Source: Candidatus Eiseniibacteriota bacterium (GTDB taxonomy: Bacteria; Eisenbacteria; RBG-16-71-46; DASYSL01). Taken from it: a stretch of 22,654 nucleotides of DNA. The position numbers were made by a program, and so were the translations under genes. Shown piece after piece: positions 18,627 to 22,654 of this stretch. The notes under the pieces are model-generated. The model saw only the letters and a program-made list of their open reading frames with translations, had not been told where the DNA came from and ran no database searches. The stretch is from positions 1-22,654 of the forward strand of contig JBKJJJ010000211.1 of the NCBI GenBank assembly GCA_046598045.1. Direction: 5' to 3'. Each line of letters begins with the position of its first letter. The first letter of the stretch is position 1.

Positions 18627-19391
18627 ATGATCGACACGCACTGCCACCTCGGATCCTCGCGCTACAAGAAGGACCGGGCCGAGGTGATGGACCGGGCGCG
18701 CCAGGCCGGGGTCACACGCTTCGTCGAGGTGGGCTACGACCTGCCCACGTCGGAGCGCGGGCTGGCGCTGGCGGCCGAACATGCCGATGTGTGGGCGGCG
18801 GTCGGCCTCCACCCGCACGAGGTCGCGAAGGCGCCCGAAGGCGCGTTCGAGCGCCTGGGCGAGTTGGCGCGGGACCCGCGCGCGGTGGCGATCGGGGAGT
18901 GCGGGCTCGACTTCTACAGAGATCTCTCGCCGCGGGACCTCCAGCGCGACTGGTTCGAGCGCCAGATCGCGCTCGCAGTCCAGGTCGACAAGCCGCTCGT
19001 GGTGCACGTGCGCGACGCGATGGACGAGGCGATCGATCGCCTCGAGCGCGCGCGCCCGCCACGTGCGGGGGTGCTGCATTGCTACTCGGGCAACGCGGCG
19101 CAGGCGTTGCGCGCGGCGGCGCTCGGGTTCGCGCTCGGCTTCGGCGGGTCGCTCACGTACGGCGACGCGGCGCTCGAAGAGGCGGCGCGCGTCGCGCCCC
19201 CCGAGGCGCTGCTGCTCGAGACCGACGCGCCCTACCTCGTGCCCGAGCCGCGGGACACGAAGCGCAACGAACCCGCATTGCTGGCGCGCGTGCGCGCCCG
19301 GCTCGCGGCCCTGCGGGGCGTGAGCGAGAAAGTGATCGATGAACTCACCACGCAAAACGCCACGCGGCTTTTTGCGCCTCGGCAAGCCTGA
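18627..19391 (+). CDS. tatD: TatD family hydrolase/DNase
   Basis: MIDTHCH, GLHPH, IGECGLDF, HVRDA, HCYS, ETDAPYL, RNEP. Confidence 0.93.
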   Translation: MIDTHCHLGSSRYKKDRAEVMDRARQAGVTRFVEVGYDLPTSERGLALAAEHADVWAAVGLHPHEVAKAPEGAFERLGELARDPRAVAIGECGLDFYRDLSPRDLQRDWFERQIALAVQVDKPLVVHVRDAMDEAIDRLERARPPRAGVLHCYSGNAAQALRAAALGFALGFGGSLTYGDAALEEAARVAPPEALLLETDAPYLVPEPRDTKRNEPALLARVRARLAALRGVSEKVIDELTTQNATRLFAPRQA

Positions 19392-20280
19392 GGAACGCAC
19401 CCCGTTCGGCGACCTGACGAACGTCAAGGATCGCCTGCTCGCGCGCGGCATCAAGCCGCGCAAGAAGTGGGGCCAGAACTTCCTCACGCAGCCCGACCTG
19501 GCGCGGAAGATCGTGGATGCCGCCGGCATCACCGCCGACGACGTCGTGCTCGAGATCGGTCCTGGCGCGGGTGCGCTCACGGGGCTGCTCGCGACGCGTG
19601 CGCGCCACGTCGTGGCGGTCGAGTTCGACGAGGGCCTCGCCGACCTGCTGATCGAGGACCTCGGCGAACTGGGTCGGGTGTCGATCGTGCGCGGCGACAT
19701 CCTCGACGTCGCGCTCGCCGACGTGTGCGAGGGGCACCACGTCAAGAAGGTCGTCGTCGTGGGCAACGTGCCGTACGCGATCACCACGCCGATCCTCGAG
19801 TGGCTGATCGCGCAGCGCGCGCACGTCGCCCACGGCCTGGTGCTGGTGCAGCGCGAGTACGCCGCGCGCCTCGCCGCCGCGCCCGACACCGAGGACTACG
19901 GTTCGCTCACCGTGTTCGCGCGCTACTACCTGCGCCTCGAGCCGCTGTTCCACGTCTCGCCCGGGGCGTTCTGGCCGCGGCCGATGGTCGACTCGACGCT
20001 CGTGCGATTGCGCTTCCGCGAGTCGCCGCCGGTCGAGGTGCCCGACGAGGACCGCCTGTTCACGATCGTGCGCGCCGCGTTTTCGCAGCGGCGCAAGACG
20101 CTGGCGAATGCGTTGCTCGCGCTCTACGGCCAGGACCGGGATCGCGTCGCGCGGCTCCTGCGCGCGGCGCACATCGCGGGCAACCGCCGGGGCGAGACAC
20201 TCGACCTCGAGGAGTACGCGCGCATCGCGCGCCACGACCCGCCGTACCGCGCCGAGGTCGAATCGGAAGAGCCCGCGTGA
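19339..20280 (+). CDS. rsmA: 16S rRNA m6,2A dimethyltransferase (start uncertain)
   Basis: KKWGQNFL, EIGPGAGALT, GNVPYAIT, FWPRPMVDS, AFSQRRKTL. ATG 19339 overlaps tatD by 53 nt; TTG 19372 is an in-frame alternative. Confidence 0.93.
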   Translation: MNSPRKTPRGFLRLGKPEERTPFGDLTNVKDRLLARGIKPRKKWGQNFLTQPDLARKIVDAAGITADDVVLEIGPGAGALTGLLATRARHVVAVEFDEGLADLLIEDLGELGRVSIVRGDILDVALADVCEGHHVKKVVVVGNVPYAITTPILEWLIAQRAHVAHGLVLVQREYAARLAAAPDTEDYGSLTVFARYYLRLEPLFHVSPGAFWPRPMVDSTLVRLRFRESPPVEVPDEDRLFTIVRAAFSQRRKTLANALLALYGQDRDRVARLLRAAHIAGNRRGETLDLEEYARIARHDPPYRAEVESEEPA

Positions 20281-21101
20281 GCGACGAAGTCGACCTGTTC
20301 GGTGAGCCGGTGCGGCGCGAAGAGGCGAAGCGCCCGTGGTTCTCGCCCAGCCGGCTCAAGCTGTTCCTCGAGTGTCCCCGTCGCTACGAGTTCCAGGTGA
20401 TCCAGAAGCTGCCGACCGCGCCCTCGCCGCACATGGACCTGGGCTCCAATGTGCACGCGGCGCTGCGTGACTGGCTGCGCCTTGCGCCGCGCGAGCGCAC
20501 GTGGGATCGCCTGCTCGAGTTCTATCGCGCGGCGTGGCGCACGAACAAGCCGGCGTTCGCCGGCCGCTCGCGCGAGGAACTGCAGGAGTACGGCGAGCGT
20601 GGCAAGGCCATGCTGCAGCACTTCGTGGAGGTCACGCCGGCCGACCTCGCGCCGGTCGCGATCGAGAAGAACGTGCACGCGGACTACGGCGACCTGGTGG
20701 TTGGCGGGCGCGTGGACCGCGTCGACGTCCTGCCCGGCGGCGCGCTCAAGGTCGTCGACTACAAGACCGGGAAGTACCCGAAGTACCCGGACCGCGCGCG
20801 GCAGGAGGACCTGGCCGCACCCGTGTACGCCCGCGGTACGAGCACTCTTTTCGCGGGTACGCCCGTGATCATGGTCGAGCACCACTACCTCGCGAGTGGC
20901 GCGCGGCTGGAGTTCCCGGTCGACGACGCGTGGCTCGCGCACAAGGACCTCGTCGTCGTGGAGCTCGCGCGCCGCGTCGTCCGGGCCGAGGCGGAGGGGA
21001 CGTTTCCGGCGACGCCGTCCCGGCTCTGCGCATGGTGCGACTTCCGGACGCGCTGCCCCGAGGGGCAGGCGTTCCTTGACGCCCCTCCCGCCGATCGCTA
21101 G
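20277..21101 (+). CDS. PD-(D/E)XK nuclease, RecB/AddB/Cas4-like with putative Fe-S staple
   Basis: SPSRLKLFLECP, GSNVHAAL, GRVDRVD, VVDYKTG, terminal CAWCDFRTRC; GTGA overlap with rsmA. Confidence 0.88.
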   Translation: MSDEVDLFGEPVRREEAKRPWFSPSRLKLFLECPRRYEFQVIQKLPTAPSPHMDLGSNVHAALRDWLRLAPRERTWDRLLEFYRAAWRTNKPAFAGRSREELQEYGERGKAMLQHFVEVTPADLAPVAIEKNVHADYGDLVVGGRVDRVDVLPGGALKVVDYKTGKYPKYPDRARQEDLAAPVYARGTSTLFAGTPVIMVEHHYLASGARLEFPVDDAWLAHKDLVVVELARRVVRAEAEGTFPATPSRLCAWCDFRTRCPEGQAFLDAPPADR

Positions 21102-21104
21102 GTT
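21076..21104 (+). promoter_or_regulatory. Putative sigma70 promoter for a leaderless transcript
   Basis: TTGACG (21076-21081), 17 nt, TAGGTT (21099-21104), 7 nt, ATG 21112. Confidence 0.65.
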
Positions 21105-21111
21105 GCGGCCC

Positions 21112-22305
21112 ATGGCGCGCGCCTCCAAACGGGGACCCTCTTCGCCCCGCACGATCCTCTTCCTGTCCCTGCTCGTGATCGTCACCTTCGCCTGCGGGTT
21201 CGGCATCCTGTGGGGCCGCTCCGAGGCCGGGCTGGTGACGCGCGCGCGCTATGGCCTCCCGGTCGACCGCTCGATGCTCGCGCGCACGATCTCGAAGACC
21301 ATCCGCACCACGATCCTCGATTTCGGCGTGTCGTCGGGCTCGCAGGTGATCCGGACCATCGATTCGCGGGATCCGGGCGTGCCGCGCGTGCGCTGGACCG
21401 CGTACCTCTCGGGGCGCTCGTCCACCATGCAGCTCAACGCGCGCCTCGCCGAGAACCTCGCGAAGATCCACGTCGACGTGATCGACGGCTGGGAGGACAC
21501 CCTCGCCACGCCGGGCAGCGAGGTGCACCTGCTCGTCGGTGCGGGCAAGCTGGTGACGCACGAGCTCGTGCTCGAGCGCCGCAACGACGTCGTGGGCGCG
21601 ACCGAGAACGAACCGGCGCGGCTGCTCCTGGTGGTCGACGCGTTTGGCCCGGCCGAGAACGACAGCCTGAGCCGCGAGTTCCTCAAGCTCGGCGTGCCGT
21701 TTACCGGCGCCGTGCTGCCGCGCGTCAAGGGCACGCGCGATTGGACCGGGCGGCTCTCGAAGGCCGGCCACGACGTGATCGCGCAGCTCCCGATGGAGCC
21801 GATGAATTACCCGAAGCGCGATCCCGGTCCGGGCGCGATCCTGGTCGACATGCCGGCGGGACAGATCCAGCGCGAGGTGAAGAAGGACCTCGGCGACGTG
21901 CCCGGCGCCGTCGGCGCAACCAGCTACATGGGCCAGATGGCCCTGTCCGACGAGGCGGTGATGCGCGCGGTGATGCAGGAGCTCAAGCGCGCGAAGATCT
22001 TCTACCTCGACGCGCGCCCGGTGCCGACCTCGGTCGCCGCGGACCGCGCCGCGCGCGAGGGCGTGCTGTGCTTCCGCATCGACAGCGTGCTCGAGGCGCC
22101 CGGGCGTTACGACGCCCAGGTCAAGGCCATGAACCACCTGCTCGACGACGCGATCGACCTCGCGCGCCGGCGCGGGTACGCGATCGTGCTCGCGCACCCC
22201 GACCGCGCCGCGCTCGACGTGCTCAAGCGCGCGGTGCCCAAGCTCAAGCGCTCGGGTGTCCGCTTTCAACCGGTCTCGACGTTGCTTACGCCGCAGGCCG
22301 ACTAA
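21112..22305 (+). CDS. Divergent polysaccharide deacetylase family (YibQ-like) membrane-anchored protein
   Basis: N-terminal TM helix; PFTGAVLP, LPMEP..YP..DPGPGAI, VPGAVG...MG, FYLDAR, A.RRGYAIVLAHP, GVRFQPVS. Confidence 0.82.
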   Translation: MARASKRGPSSPRTILFLSLLVIVTFACGFGILWGRSEAGLVTRARYGLPVDRSMLARTISKTIRTTILDFGVSSGSQVIRTIDSRDPGVPRVRWTAYLSGRSSTMQLNARLAENLAKIHVDVIDGWEDTLATPGSEVHLLVGAGKLVTHELVLERRNDVVGATENEPARLLLVVDAFGPAENDSLSREFLKLGVPFTGAVLPRVKGTRDWTGRLSKAGHDVIAQLPMEPMNYPKRDPGPGAILVDMPAGQIQREVKKDLGDVPGAVGATSYMGQMALSDEAVMRAVMQELKRAKIFYLDARPVPTSVAADRAAREGVLCFRIDSVLEAPGRYDAQVKAMNHLLDDAIDLARRRGYAIVLAHPDRAALDVLKRAVPKLKRSGVRFQPVSTLLTPQAD

Positions 22306-22330
22306 CCGCCCGGGCGCCCCGCGGGCCAGC

Positions 22331-22359
22331 TTGCCCGCGGGGCCACCGCGGGCTATCCT
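22331..22359 (+). promoter_or_regulatory. Putative sigma70 promoter overlapping an inverted repeat
   Basis: TTGCCC, 17 nt, TATCCT; GCCCGCGG-N5-CCGCGGGC at 22333-22353. Confidence 0.5.
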
Positions 22360-22395
22360 CTGGGCTCGTTCCCACCCCAACGCGGAGCCCCGGCG

Positions 22396-22654
22396 ATGAA
22401 TCCGACCTCGACTTCCAATCCCGGCCCGACGCCGGTCGTGTCCACCCCGGCGCCGGCCGCGCATGCGCGGCCCGCCCAGGGCGCGCCCACGGGCCTCAGG
22501 CGACAGTTCGTCTCCTTCTATGGCTTGAAGGTGGCCCCGGCGTGGCGCGGGCTCGACGCGGCCACGAAGGCGAAGGGCCGCGAGGGCTTCGTCGCGGCGT
22601 GCGAGGCGTTCCGCGCCGAGGGCGGGATCCTCGTGCCCTATTCGTGCGTGGGGG
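22396..22654 (+). CDS. 3'-truncated chlorite dismutase / coproheme decarboxylase family protein
   Basis: Not in the ORF track; manual translation gives MNPTST...RRQFVSFYGLKVAPAWRGLD...PYSCVG, resembling the Cld/ChdC N-terminus; GGAG upstream. Confidence 0.65.
   Translation, partial: MNPTSTSNPGPTPVVSTPAPAAHARPAQGAPTGLRRQFVSFYGLKVAPAWRGLDAATKAKGREGFVAACEAFRAEGGILVPYSCVG

Noticed and set aside
19339..19391. 53-nt tatD/rsmA overlap as a recoding signal
   Set aside because: Both frames are intact and the rsmA start is simply uncertain; no convincing slippery site.
20277..21101. Cas4-like nuclease as part of a CRISPR system
   Set aside because: No repeat-spacer array or other cas genes in the window.

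Overview
High-GC bacterial chromosomal window, mostly housekeeping. The left half is a tightly coupled + strand run: 3' part of a BatA-like membrane protein, mfd, two parvulin/SurA-type chaperones, ftsE-ftsX-envC, an uncharacterised SAM methyltransferase and holB. The commonly conserved holB-metG-tatD-rsmA backbone is interrupted twice. One insert is an LEA_2-type lipoprotein plus a compositionally atypical DUF222-like/HNH endonuclease gene. The other is a divergent nhaR/terC pair plus ogt. The window ends with a solo Cas4/AddB-like Fe-S nuclease, a divergent polysaccharide deacetylase-family protein and the start of a chlorite dismutase/ChdC-family gene. The best candidate for undescribed biology is the HNH locus (~13160-14343): it has an RBS-sequestering 5' stem, a perfect internal 22-bp palindrome and three abutting 3' hairpins, suggesting a selfish/mobile element possibly with a structured RNA. 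Other points are repeated leaderless-type promoters and several envelope proteins with substituted catalytic motifs. No rRNA, tRNA or CRISPR array was seen. All family calls come from motif recognition by eye; no searches were run.
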